From: Verrucomicrobiaceae bacterium
GTDB taxonomy: Bacteria; Pseudomonadota; Gammaproteobacteria; Pseudomonadales; CAMLJR01
NCBI GenBank assembly: GCA_028293825.1
Contig: JAQGNY010000015.1
Coordinates: forward strand, 10,388-74,387
Direction: 5' to 3'
DNA length: 64,000 nucleotides
Shown piece by piece: positions 7,995 to 16,926 of this stretch (within the stretch, counting starts at the first letter, position 1; each line of letters opens with the position of its first letter). The position numbers were made by a program, and so were the translations under genes. The notes beneath the pieces were generated by a model. That model was given only the letters and a program-made list of their open reading frames with translations, was not told the DNA's origin and made no database searches.

Positions 7995-8444
7995 ATGACT
8001 GAACAAACATCGTCTAACGAACCAGCATTGGCGTCGCAACTTATGCCGCCTCATCCCAAGGCCGATTGGTTACTAAGCATGCTTGTGTCTTTCGCGAACG
8101 AGCTTAGCTTAGAGCTTGGAGTCACGATCAATACTGGCGGGGCAATTATTTCCGGCACCTTGATCGGCGGAAAGACGTATCTGGTCGAGCTTTCCGAAGT
8201 CTTCGCTAAAGCAAACGGCGAGCAGGCCGTCAACGATGCGCTGAGTCAGGGTATTTTGAGAAATCAGAATATTTACGAAACCGACGAGACTCCGGCACTG
8301 CCACCGGCTTACATCCATCTTCGCAACGCACGGTTCTGGGCTCCCGATGGCGAGTCACTGGCAGCAACGCAGGGCTTTCTTTGGCGGGCGCGACTTAGCG
8401 AGGTATCCGGCTTCTCTATTGGCGGTCTTGAACCCACTGATTAA
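7995..8444 (+). CDS. Hypothetical protein, possibly GvpU-like; atypical codon usage
   Basis: ATG at 7995 with a GAGGA RBS 5 nt upstream; the longer track ORF from 7689 overlaps mtnA. The 149-aa product contains ...[24 protein letters not shown]...[11 protein letters not shown]...[17 protein letters not shown]. This resembles my recollection of gas-vesicle accessory protein GvpU and needs an HMM check. Leu is CTT in 9 of 19 codons and Arg is non-CGC in 4 of 5, unlike neighbouring genes. Confidence 0.6.
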   Translation: MTEQTSSNEPALASQLMPPHPKADWLLSMLVSFANELSLELGVTINTGGAIISGTLIGGKTYLVELSEVFAKANGEQAVNDALSQGILRNQNIYETDETPALPPAYIHLRNARFWAPDGESLAATQGFLWRARLSEVSGFSIGGLEPTD

Positions 8445-8513
8445 TGCTGCGATTCAACTATCCATGCGTCGCAAACTATGCGGCGCACCAGATTGAGTTC
8501 AAAAGTAAGTACG

Positions 8514-8550
8514 AAACAAAAAGCCCGCAATTAAGCGGGCTTTTTGTTTT
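8514..8550. terminator. Bidirectional rho-independent terminator
   Basis: AGCCCGC-aattaa-GCGGGCT hairpin (8522-8541), flanked by an A-run upstream and TTTTTGTTTT downstream. It lies between the 3' end of the + gene (8444) and the 3' end of the minus-strand tRNA-Pro (8576). Confidence 0.65.
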
Positions 8551-8575
8551 AACGATGACGATTTACAACTTGAAT

Positions 8576-8652
8576 TGGTCGGGCATGGAGGATTTGAACC
8601 TCCGACCCCTACGTCCCGAACGTAGTGCGCTACCGGACTGCGCTAATGCCCG
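8576..8652 (-). tRNA. tRNA-Pro (anticodon CGG)
   Basis: The minus strand reads CGGGCATTAGCGCAGTCCGGTAGCGCACTACGTTCGGGACGTAGGGGTCGGAGGTTCAAATCCTCCATGCCCGACCA. Acceptor stem CGGGCAT/ATGCCCG, anticodon loop TTCGGGA, T-arm GGAGG-TTCAAAT-CCTCC, encoded CCA. Layout matches E. coli proK. Confidence 0.92.
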
Positions 8653-8747
8653 AAATCTTGCGGTATGGCCGTGGTTACCGGCGCGGCGCGCAACTATAGC
8701 AAAACAGTTTGTGGACGCCTAGCCTCAAAACGCCGCGCCGTTTGCGA

Positions 8748-8942
8748 TTAATAAATGCCCGCGCTGCGCACAATCCACAGCGACAGCAGCAGAAATGCCA
8801 CCGTGACGACATTGACCAAAATCATCATATAAATAGGGCGAAACGGCTTGCGCTCGACATCGTTGTAGCCGGTGCGCAGATACTCGTCTACCCGCGCTTG
8901 ATCCTCCGGATAGAGTCTGTTTTCACTGTTCTCTTTGCTCAT
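8748..8942 (-). CDS. Small membrane protein, DUF3094-like
   Basis: Internal ATG at 8942 gives the 64-aa product MSKENSENRLYPEDQARVDEYLRTGYNDVERKPFRP plus one C-terminal TM helix. This pattern is seen in Pseudomonas DUF3094 proteins. Confidence 0.6.
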   Translation of the reverse strand: MSKENSENRLYPEDQARVDEYLRTGYNDVERKPFRPIYMMILVNVVTVAFLLLSLWIVRSAGIY

Positions 8943-9015
8943 TACCAATACCTCGAAGTCGCGGTGCGCGATTATCCCACAGCGCATGATTTTTCAATAA
9001 GCGTTAACGCATCGC

Positions 9016-10791
9016 TCAGTAGGCAAAATGCTCGGCGGAAAGTGCCATCACCGAATCTGGACCGCCGCTAATCGATCTGGCGAGACCGTCGATCTGCGGC
9101 AGGCAGTGCACCATATAAAATTGTGCCGTGTGCAGCTTGGACTGATAAAAGCCGTCGCCGTCCTGCGTCAATTTCGCCTTCGCTACCTGCGCGGTGCGCG
9201 CCCACAAATAGGCATACATCGCCAATCCAAACACATTCAAATAGTCGACTGCTGCAGCGCCAACCGCGTCGGGATTTTTCTGCGCCGCTTCGATAATGCC
9301 GAATGTCACTTTTTCTAACGTTTTGATCGAGGCGCGCACCGGCGCAATAAATTCGTCGATATGGTCGGCAGCGGCTGCGTCGCAAAACGCGATAATTTCC
9401 GTGCGCATTTCCAGCAGAAAGCGCCCGTTGTTAGCTAGCACTTTGCGACCGATAAGATCCATCGCCTGAATGCCGTTGGTGCCTTCGTAGATTTGCGCGA
9501 TACGAGCGTCGCGCACCAATTGCTCCATGCCCCACTCGCGCACGTAGCCGTGACCGCCGAAAACCTGCTGCCCGAGCACGCAGCCCTCGAAGCCTTTATC
9601 GGTGAGAAAGGCTTTCGCGATCGGGGTTAATAACGCGACTTTATTTTCCGCCAGTTGCCGTGTTTCGCCATCGCCGAATTTGGCGATATCAAGCTGAATG
9701 CCAACGTATGCCGCGAACGCGCGACCGCCTTCGTTGAAGGCTTTTTGCGTCAGCAGCATGCGGCGCACATCGGCGTGCGCGATGATCGGATCGGCCGCAT
9801 TTTTACTGCCCGGCACGCGCCCTTGTAGGCGATCGCGCGCGTACGCCAACGCGCCTTGATAAGAACGCTCGCTGCAGCCGAGCCCCTGCAAGCCGACGCC
9901 GAGCCGCTCGTAATTCATCATTGTGAACATATAAGCGAGGCCTTTGTTCAGCTCGCCAATCAAATAGCCGGTGGCGCCATCGAAATTAATCACGCAGGTG
10001 CTCGACGCGTGAATGCCCATCTTGTGTTCGATGGAACCGCAACGCACGCCGTTGCGCGCGCCGAGTTTGCCGTCGGCATCGTGCAGAAATTTCGGCACGA
10101 TAAATAGCGAAATGCCTTTGGTGCCCGCCGGCGCATCCGGCAATTTCGCCAGCACCAAGTAAATAATATTGTCGGTGAGATCCTGCTCGCCGCCGGTGAT
10201 AAAAATCTTAGTGCCGCTGAGCGAATAACTGCCGTCGGCCTGCGCTTCGGCGTGCGTGCGAATGATACCGAGATCGGAGCCGGCGTGCGCCTCAGTCAGA
10301 CACATCACCCCCGCCCATTCGCCGCTGTATAACCGCGGCAGATACATGTCTTTTTGCGCATCGCTGCCGTGCGACAGCAACGACAACGCCGCGCCAATCG
10401 ACAACCCGGGATACAACGCGAACGCAACATTGGCGGCGCTCAGCATTTCTTCGCACATCAGGCTGAGCAGCTTCGGCATACCTTGACCGCCGTATGCGGG
10501 ATCGCCGGCGAGACCGATCCAACCGCCTTCGCGATAGGTGTTGAACGCTTGCTTGAAACCCTTCGGCGTAGTCACTACGCCATCGTCCCAATGCACGCCT
10601 TCAGCATCGCCGCTGGCATTGAGTGGCGCGATCAACTCGCCGCAAATCTTGGCGGACTCCTCAAGCACCGCATCGGCCAATTCGCGCGTTACATCGGCGG
10701 TTTTCGGCAAACTCGCCCACAGCGCTTCAGCATTGAACAATTCGAACAGGACAAAACGCATATCGCGCAGCGGTGCGGCGTAATTCGGCAT
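9016..10791 (-). CDS. Large acyl-CoA dehydrogenase (about 590 aa, FadE-type with C-terminal extension)
   Basis: MPNYAAPLRDMRFVLFELF...GGWIGLAGDPAYGGQGMPK...GVMCLTEAHAGSDLG...KIFITGGEQDL...IYEGTNGIQAMDLIGRK, the acyl-CoA dehydrogenase signature. Confidence 0.9.
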   Translation of the reverse strand: MPNYAAPLRDMRFVLFELFNAEALWASLPKTADVTRELADAVLEESAKICGELIAPLNASGDAEGVHWDDGVVTTPKGFKQAFNTYREGGWIGLAGDPAYGGQGMPKLLSLMCEEMLSAANVAFALYPGLSIGAALSLLSHGSDAQKDMYLPRLYSGEWAGVMCLTEAHAGSDLGIIRTHAEAQADGSYSLSGTKIFITGGEQDLTDNIIYLVLAKLPDAPAGTKGISLFIVPKFLHDADGKLGARNGVRCGSIEHKMGIHASSTCVINFDGATGYLIGELNKGLAYMFTMMNYERLGVGLQGLGCSERSYQGALAYARDRLQGRVPGSKNAADPIIAHADVRRMLLTQKAFNEGGRAFAAYVGIQLDIAKFGDGETRQLAENKVALLTPIAKAFLTDKGFEGCVLGQQVFGGHGYVREWGMEQLVRDARIAQIYEGTNGIQAMDLIGRKVLANNGRFLLEMRTEIIAFCDAAAADHIDEFIAPVRASIKTLEKVTFGIIEAAQKNPDAVGAAAVDYLNVFGLAMYAYLWARTAQVAKAKLTQDGDGFYQSKLHTAQFYMVHCLPQIDGLARSISGGPDSVMALSAEHFAY

Positions 10792-10917
10792 GGTGCAACT
10801 CCGAGGTGAGCAGTGATAGCGAGAATGAGCTTATTAAAAGTATCCGATCTCGGCGGACGATAGAGGTTGCATCGCACGCTGGCAACTTACGATTTTTGGA
10901 GATGTGAATTACGCAGA

Positions 10918-11625
10918 TCAGGCGCGCTGATCGAGCAGCGATACCGCTTCGGCCGGCTCGCGCTGCACTTGGGAGAACGCGCGAATTGCACTGTTGGCAC
11001 GCTGGCGATTGGCATTGGGCGATTGGGTTTCGGCACGTTGTGCGGCTAAATCCTGGCGAGCCTGTTGAGCTAGCTGTGCCGCTTGCGCCGCGACTTGGTA
11101 GTCCTGCCCCGAAGGATCGGCCGGTGCGAGCGCCGCCGCCCGCACCTGCAAAGCGTTGCGCAAAGTGGCCTCGGGATCGCCCGGCACTTCGCCGAAACTG
11201 ATCGAGACCTCGCCGCCCACCGCATAGCGCACGCCATCAGGTCCGGTCACGTAGGTAAAACTTTTGCTGCCGGCCAGCGCTCCCGCCACCCCGGCATGAG
11301 CGGCTTCATGTGCCTGGACCTTACGGTCGGTATTGGCTAATTCGCGCACCTGCACTTGCTGCGCTTGATCGGCTTGGCGAGTGTCGCTCGCCGATTTACT
11401 AGCGCCAGTGGCGGTGGCAGCTTGGTTGCTTTGCGTCGTTGCGGCGGGATTCCTTTCGGCAGCTTGATCGCTGCGCGCCTTTTCGGCGGCGGCGGATTGC
11501 TCTATCGGGGGTAGTGCGGACGCTTTGCTTTGCGAGGATTCAAGCCCAACCGGCGTTTTGCCGACCGCAGCTTGCAGTGAGGGAAGCGGAGAGGCTTGCC
11601 CCTGACCAGCGCCGATGGAGATCAT
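10918..11625 (-). CDS. SprA-related / putative metalloprotease family protein (HExxH)
   Basis: 235-aa product with a Q/A/S-rich low-complexity N-terminus, followed by VRELANTDRKVQAHEAAHAGVAG...YVTGPDGVRYAVGGEVSI. It contains the HEAAH motif. The pattern matches the family PGAP names 'putative metalloprotease CJM1_0395 family' (from memory). Confidence 0.65.
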   Translation of the reverse strand: MISIGAGQGQASPLPSLQAAVGKTPVGLESSQSKASALPPIEQSAAAEKARSDQAAERNPAATTQSNQAATATGASKSASDTRQADQAQQVQVRELANTDRKVQAHEAAHAGVAGALAGSKSFTYVTGPDGVRYAVGGEVSISFGEVPGDPEATLRNALQVRAAALAPADPSGQDYQVAAQAAQLAQQARQDLAAQRAETQSPNANRQRANSAIRAFSQVQREPAEAVSLLDQRA

Positions 11626-11640
11626 CGTCGCCGCTTACCG

Positions 11641-11868
11641 TCACGCTTTGATATCGATCAGCGTGCCGATCGTTTCATCGGCCGCCTTGATCACGGCAGC
11701 TGAGGCTTTTACCTGCTGCTCGCCGCGCTTCAAATCGACAATTGGCGTGGTCAGATCGGAGTTTTCATCGGTGCCGGCGCGGGCGATGGTACCCGCCGCT
11801 TGGTTAGTGCGTTGTATGCCTGCTTGCAGGCCCTGCACACCAGTGGATAACACGGAATTAATGGCCAT
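11641..11868 (-). CDS. 75-aa hypothetical protein with flagellar-axial-protein-like N- and C-terminal heptad motifs
   Basis: GAGG RBS 6 nt before the ATG at 11868. Its stop lies 15 nt before the downstream HExxH gene. The N-terminus is MAINSVLSTGVQGLQAG and the C-terminus is DLKRGEQQVKASAAVIKAADETIGTLIDI (compare rod-protein C-termini ...AQRAYEANAKVIQTADEMLQTLLNL). Confidence 0.55.
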   Translation of the reverse strand: MAINSVLSTGVQGLQAGIQRTNQAAGTIARAGTDENSDLTTPIVDLKRGEQQVKASAAVIKAADETIGTLIDIKA

Positions 11869-11971
11869 AAAAACCTCAACAAATTCGAAGACGTAACTGC
11901 CTACAAGTTAAGCAAAGGCGCAGCGCGGTCGCCATCGCTAAATGACCCATTTACCGGATTTTGCCGACCGT

Positions 11972-12664
11972 TCATCCGTTAGTGGGCAAAAGCGGCTCGC
12001 AATCGAGAAAATCCGCCGCCAGCGCAGGCGTCGGTCGCTCGAAAAAAGGCACTTCGCCGAGGCAAGGCGCCCGCAGAAATCCTTTAATCGTCGCCACGTT
12101 TTCGGCGAAATACGGCATTTCCTCTACGCAGCGATTCGCCACCCAGCCGGCCAGTTGCAGGCCGTCGCGGGCGATGGCCTCGGCCGTCAACAGCGCGTGA
12201 TTGATACAACCGAGCCGCATGCCGACCACCAGAATCACCGGCAGTCGCAACTCGACCGCCAATTGCGAAAACAACTCGCGCGAATTCAACGGCACGCGCC
12301 AACCACCGGCGCCTTCGACCAAGGTCAGATCCGCACGCTGCATCAGCGCGCCGCGACAAATACCGGCCAGCTGCGCGACATTCATCCTCACGCCGGACTG
12401 CTCGGCGGCGATATGCGGCGCGATGGCCTGTTCCAATGCGATCGGATTGATTTGTTCGTACGGCATCGACACCGACATGGTCTGCTGCAACAGCAGCGCG
12501 TCGGCATTGCGCAAGCCATCCGGCGTGCGCGTGCAACCGGCGGCGACCGGCTTCAACGCCGCCGTGCGCAATCCCTTTTTATTGGCAGCGGCCAACAGCC
12601 CGGCAGCAATTAGCGTTTTGCCGACATCGGTGTCGGTCCCGGTAACAAAATAGGCATTAGCCAT
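11972..12664 (-). CDS. bioD: Dethiobiotin synthase
   Basis: Internal ATG at 12664 gives MANAYFVTGTDTDVGKTLIAAGLL... (P-loop GTDTxVGKT). The ATG overlaps the stop of the upstream bioH-bioC ORF (ATGGCTAA). Confidence 0.9.
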   Translation of the reverse strand: MANAYFVTGTDTDVGKTLIAAGLLAAANKKGLRTAALKPVAAGCTRTPDGLRNADALLLQQTMSVSMPYEQINPIALEQAIAPHIAAEQSGVRMNVAQLAGICRGALMQRADLTLVEGAGGWRVPLNSRELFSQLAVELRLPVILVVGMRLGCINHALLTAEAIARDGLQLAGWVANRCVEEMPYFAENVATIKGFLRAPCLGEVPFFERPTPALAADFLDCEPLLPTNG

Positions 12665-14243
12665 CGATTTTTTCCAACTGCAGATACCAGACCTGATAGG
12701 TCGCCGGCAGTTGTCCGTCCGCGTCGCGCTGTGTTTCATACGCTTCGCTAAAACGTTGCAGGCGTGCACGCGAAGTCAAACCATCGGGCCGCGCGCTGTT
12801 AACATTGTGGGCGCCGAGCGCTTTTAATTCGCGGGTCAATTCGCGCAACGCGCTGTAGTGCAGCACGATAACTTCCTCGCGCCACGACTGCACTGTTAGA
12901 CCAGCGCGGCGAATCGCATTTTCCAAACTGTCGCGCGCGGCGAATTCGTTAACGTGCGTGCGCTCATCGACACTGCGCCACGCCGTGCGCAATTCATGCA
13001 ATGTATCGGGGCCGAGCGTACTGATCGATGCACTGCCACCGTCGCGCAACACGCGCGCGATTTCCGCAAATGCAGAACCGGGATTTTCACACCACTGCAA
13101 TGCAAGGCTCGAAAAAACCGAATCGACAGAGTCACCTACTAACGGCAGATTTTCCGCATCACCGCACAACCATTGCAATGAATTCGAATCGGTCTGCGCG
13201 CGCGCATGCCGCAACATGCCTTCAGCAAAATCCAATGCAATCACATCGCAATACTGCGCCAGTTGCGCGCTGACTATACCGGTGCCGCAACCAATATCGA
13301 GCAATGTGTCGCCGACATGCGGCAGCGCCTGCGCAATTAATTGCTGCGCCACCGCGCGCTGCAATTGCGCGGCGCTGTCGTAACTCGCAGCAGCACGACT
13401 GAACGATTGCGCGACCGCTTTTTTATTGCGCTGCAACGGTGTCGAGCGCGGTCGCAATTTCGCAATTGAAATCACGCGGTCGAGATGCTGCCAGCACAAA
13501 TCGGCGTGACTGATAAACGGCACATGCGCGGCGCCATCGATTACCACCAACCAATGTTTCGGCGCTAACTCCGCCATTGCCGCCGCCGCGCCAATCGGCA
13601 TCAACGTGTCGGCATTGCCGAGAATATGCACAGCGGGAATTTCGCACTGCTGCAGCGCCGCGCGCACGTCGAGCTGCCGTAATAAATTCAGGTCCCATAC
13701 CAATGTTTCTATGCTTGCGCCGCACGGTTCGACGGTGCGCAGCCAGCGCAATAAATCGCGTTCCTCGTCACCACCGCGCACCTGCAAAGTGAGAAAACGT
13801 TTTAATGTGAGCGCGGAATTTTCTGCCAATTGCATTTGAAATTGCGCGAAAGTTTCAGCTGGCATCGCCGTGGGCCAATCTGCCTTCGCAACAAAACACG
13901 GATTGCACGCCAACGTGATTAACGCCGCGCAATGGCCGCGAAAACGTGCATCGAACGCCAGCGCCAATGCACCGCCCAGCGACCAACCGAGCAGCACCGC
14001 GTTGTGCGGCACGAAATGTTTTAACTGATCGAGCAGCGCATCGACCGATAAATTAGCTTGCGCGGGCGAGCGACCAAAACCCGGTAGATCGAGCAAGATC
14101 ACATTGCAGCGGCGCCGCAATAGCGGCAGCCAACCGCGCCACACTTCTCCCGACATACCCCAGCCGTGCAGCAGCACTAAATCCGGCGCACTGTTGCTGG
14201 TTGTCGCTGCGGGCAGACGTTCGCTGTACCAATTCGGTTTCAT
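12657..14243 (-). CDS. bioH-bioC: Fused pimeloyl-ACP methyl ester esterase (BioH-like) / malonyl-ACP O-methyltransferase (BioC)
   Basis: Single uninterrupted 528-aa ORF from the ATG at 14243. The N-terminal half has LVLLHGWGMSGEVW...LLGWSLGG (alpha/beta-hydrolase nucleophile elbow as in BioH). The C-terminal half has VAQSFSRAAASYDSAAQLQR...LLDIGCGTG (BioC SAM-binding motif). Confidence 0.85.
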   Translation of the reverse strand: MKPNWYSERLPAATTSNSAPDLVLLHGWGMSGEVWRGWLPLLRRRCNVILLDLPGFGRSPAQANLSVDALLDQLKHFVPHNAVLLGWSLGGALALAFDARFRGHCAALITLACNPCFVAKADWPTAMPAETFAQFQMQLAENSALTLKRFLTLQVRGGDEERDLLRWLRTVEPCGASIETLVWDLNLLRQLDVRAALQQCEIPAVHILGNADTLMPIGAAAAMAELAPKHWLVVIDGAAHVPFISHADLCWQHLDRVISIAKLRPRSTPLQRNKKAVAQSFSRAAASYDSAAQLQRAVAQQLIAQALPHVGDTLLDIGCGTGIVSAQLAQYCDVIALDFAEGMLRHARAQTDSNSLQWLCGDAENLPLVGDSVDSVFSSLALQWCENPGSAFAEIARVLRDGGSASISTLGPDTLHELRTAWRSVDERTHVNEFAARDSLENAIRRAGLTVQSWREEVIVLHYSALRELTRELKALGAHNVNSARPDGLTSRARLQRFSEAYETQRDADGQLPATYQVWYLQLEKIDG

Positions 14244-14253
14244 AATTAAATGG

Positions 14254-15435
14254 TCATCGTGGCGAATGCACTGACGCGAGTGCATCAAGCAGCAAATCGA
14301 TCTGCGTTTCGCTGTGCGCGGCGCTTAACGTAATGCGTAAACGCGCGGTATTTGCAGGCACGGTCGGCGGTCGAATCGCGCCGATTAAAATACCGCGCGC
14401 GGCCAATGCATCGCTCCAGCGCATCGCCTCAGCGGCAGCGCCAATCAAAAGCGGCTGAATGGAAGTGTTAGATGAAAACAATTGCAAACCGATTTGCTCG
14501 GCACCATTGCGAAACCGTTTTATTAATTGCTGCAAATGCTCGCGCCGCCAATTTTCCGCGATAACCAATTCCAAACTTTTCAGCGTGGCCGCAGCAACTG
14601 CCGCTGGCATGGCAGTCGTGTAAATATACGGACGCGCGAATTGAATCAGCGTTTCGATCAGCACTTCACTGCCGGCGACAAATGCACCGAAAGTGCCGAA
14701 GGCTTTGCCCAATGTCGCCATTAAAATCGGCAATTGCTGTTGATCGAGATTAAAAAATTCCGCGCAGCCCGCACCGCGCTCGCCAAGCACGCCGATACCG
14801 TGTGCATCATCGGCCATCAACCAGGCATCGTATTTTTTTGCGAGCGCCGCGAGTTCGGGCAATGGCGCGCAATCGCCATCCATGCTGAACACGCCGTCGA
14901 CGACAATTAATTTTCTTGCATGTGTATTTTCTGCATCGACTGCACGCGCCAAACGCGTTTCTAAATTATCGAGATCGTTGTGCAGAAAACGCTGAAAGCG
15001 CGCGCCACTTAATAAACCTGCATCAAGCAACGACGCATGATTGAGTTTGTCTTCGAACACAAAATCGCTTTTGTCGAGCAGCGCATTGACAACGCCGAGG
15101 TTCGCCATGTAGCCGGTCGAAAATAATAACGCGCGCGGACGGCCGGTAAATTCCGCGAGTTTTTCTTCAAGCGCGTGATGCAACGCAGTGTGCCCGCACA
15201 CCAAATGCGATGCGCCGCTGCCAACGCCGTATTCGTCGGCTGCATTTTTAAATGCGGCAATAACGGCGGGATGATTGGCGAGACCGAGATAATCGTTGTT
15301 GCAGAAATTCAGATATTTCTTGCCACCGACGATAACTTCTGCGCCCTGCGGACTGGCGATAATTTTGCGCTCACGATAAAGATTTTGCGCGCGGCGCTCG
15401 TCGAGGGCTGGCTGCAGTACATCGTCCATCGACAC
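14254..15435 (-). CDS. bioF: 8-amino-7-oxononanoate synthase
   Basis: 393-aa product with ...[16 protein letters not shown]...[11 protein letters not shown]...[10 protein letters not shown]..., an AONS/PLP-enzyme pattern. GTG start at 15435 with AGGTGA 6 nt upstream; an alternative ATG lies at 15429. Confidence 0.9.
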   Translation of the reverse strand: MSMDDVLQPALDERRAQNLYRERKIIASPQGAEVIVGGKKYLNFCNNDYLGLANHPAVIAAFKNAADEYGVGSGASHLVCGHTALHHALEEKLAEFTGRPRALLFSTGYMANLGVVNALLDKSDFVFEDKLNHASLLDAGLLSGARFQRFLHNDLDNLETRLARAVDAENTHARKLIVVDGVFSMDGDCAPLPELAALAKKYDAWLMADDAHGIGVLGERGAGCAEFFNLDQQQLPILMATLGKAFGTFGAFVAGSEVLIETLIQFARPYIYTTAMPAAVAAATLKSLELVIAENWRREHLQQLIKRFRNGAEQIGLQLFSSNTSIQPLLIGAAAEAMRWSDALAARGILIGAIRPPTVPANTARLRITLSAAHSETQIDLLLDALASVHSPR

Positions 15436-15474
15436 GACAAATCACCTATGAGCGTTGAGCAAGAGCGGCATGGT

Positions 15475-15732
15475 TGGTCTATTTCTGTAACACGCCGTAA
15501 AAATGTCCCTATAGGCTCGGGCATCGCTCCCGCGGCGCACGGTCACAGAAATAGACCAGCCACATCGCTCACCTAAGCACCACAGAAATTGAAAGAAGAA
15601 CAAATGAGATTACCGCGATGCTAGAAGCAGAAATGTCGATACTGCTTCTGAGCCCGTCAGCGACACGGATGTCGCTGACGGTTTACAGGGCCGTACTGTC
15701 GCGTATCGCAGAAACAGTATCGACACTTCTGC
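15475..15732. repeat. Cluster of nested perfect/near-perfect inverted repeats (REP/MITE-like) in the bioB-bioF intergenic gap
   Basis: Four elements are present. (1) 14-bp perfect inverted repeat TGGTCTATTTCTGT (15475-15488) / ACAGAAATAGACCA (15545-15558). (2) Hairpin AGAAGCAG...CTGCTTCT (15623-15649). (3) 12-bp perfect stem CCGTCAGCGACA-cgga-TGTCGCTGACGG (15654-15681). (4) 15709-15732 is the 22/24 inverted copy of 15627-15650. Confidence 0.7.
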
Positions 15733-15751
15733 GACTCCACGACCGCATCAG

Positions 15752-16819
15752 TTAGTTAGCGCGAGCCGCGTCGTAAAACAACTTATCGTTCTGCGCGTGT
15801 TCAATGCGCTCGTGCAGCGTGTGCTCGGCTTCATCGTCGCCTTGCTCGACCGCGCGATCTTCCGGCTTGATGCCGAGCCGCGCGAACAATTGCATATCTT
15901 TGTTCGCGGCCGGGTTCGGCGTGGTCAGCAATTTTTCGCCGTAGAAAATTGAATTCGCACCGGCGAAATAGGCGAGCGCGTGCATTTCTTCATTCATTGC
16001 TTCGCGACCGGCGGATAAACGCACATGCGATTGCGGCATCAGAATGCGCGCGACGGCGATGGTGCGAATAAAATCAAACGAATCCAGATTTTGCTGCTCC
16101 GCCAGCGGCGTGCCTTCAACTTTCACCAACATATTGATCGGCACGCTTTCCGGATGCTGCGGTAAATTCGCGAGCTGCTGCAACAGACCGGCGCGATCGC
16201 GCACCGATTCGCCCATGCCGACGATGCCGCCGCTGCACACCTTAATACCGGCGCCGCGCACGTGATCGAGGGTAGTCAGGCGATCCTGATAGGTACGCGT
16301 GGTGATAATTTCGCCATAAAACTCCGGCGAGGTATCGAGGTTGTGGTTGTAGTAATCGAGGCCGGCTTCGGACAATTCATCAGCCTGATCCTGCGTCAAC
16401 ATACCGAGCGTCATGCACGTTTCCAAACCCAGCTCTTTAACGCCGCGCACCATAGCCGTCACGTACGGCATGTCTTTTTTCTTCGGCGAACGCCACGCCG
16501 CGCCCATACAGAAACGCGTGCTGCCCTGAGCTTTCGCGGCTTTGGCTTCGTCGAGCACCTTCTGTACTTCCATCAGTTTTTCCGGCTCAAGACCGGTGTC
16601 GTAGCGATTGGATTGCGGACAGTATTTGCAGTCTTCCGGGCAAGCGCCAGTCTTGATCGACAGCAGCGTGCTGACCTGGACTGTGTTGGGCTCGAAATGC
16701 TGACGATGCACCGTCGCCGCGCGGAACAACAGGTCGTTGAACGGCAGCGCGAACAGCGCTTCGATTTCCGGACGCGTCCAATCGTTGCGAAGAAAAGACA
16801 GCGGTGCGGCGGCATTCAT
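15752..16819 (-). CDS. bioB: Biotin synthase
   Basis: Internal ATG at 16819 gives [23 protein letters not shown]...[16 protein letters not shown] (radical-SAM CxxxCxxC) ...[12 protein letters not shown].... Confidence 0.92.
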   Translation of the reverse strand: MNAAAPLSFLRNDWTRPEIEALFALPFNDLLFRAATVHRQHFEPNTVQVSTLLSIKTGACPEDCKYCPQSNRYDTGLEPEKLMEVQKVLDEAKAAKAQGSTRFCMGAAWRSPKKKDMPYVTAMVRGVKELGLETCMTLGMLTQDQADELSEAGLDYYNHNLDTSPEFYGEIITTRTYQDRLTTLDHVRGAGIKVCSGGIVGMGESVRDRAGLLQQLANLPQHPESVPINMLVKVEGTPLAEQQNLDSFDFIRTIAVARILMPQSHVRLSAGREAMNEEMHALAYFAGANSIFYGEKLLTTPNPAANKDMQLFARLGIKPEDRAVEQGDDEAEHTLHERIEHAQNDKLFYDAARAN

Positions 16820-16883
16820 AGCGAAATCCTGTGAAGTGGCGTGGGGCGAGTGCAGTCGATAATAGCTACACTGCGAAACCGTT

Positions 16884-16911
16884 ATGGTAGCGATCAGGAT
16901 ATCGCTGTCAA
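16884..16911 (-). promoter_or_regulatory. Candidate sigma70 promoter for the bio operon
   Basis: The minus strand reads TTGACA (16911-16906), a 16-nt spacer, then TACCAT (16889-16884). The spacer contains the inverted repeat GCGAT-atcctg-ATCGC. It lies about 65 nt upstream of the bioB ATG. Confidence 0.3.
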
Positions 16912-16926
16912 CCCACAAGGACGTAT

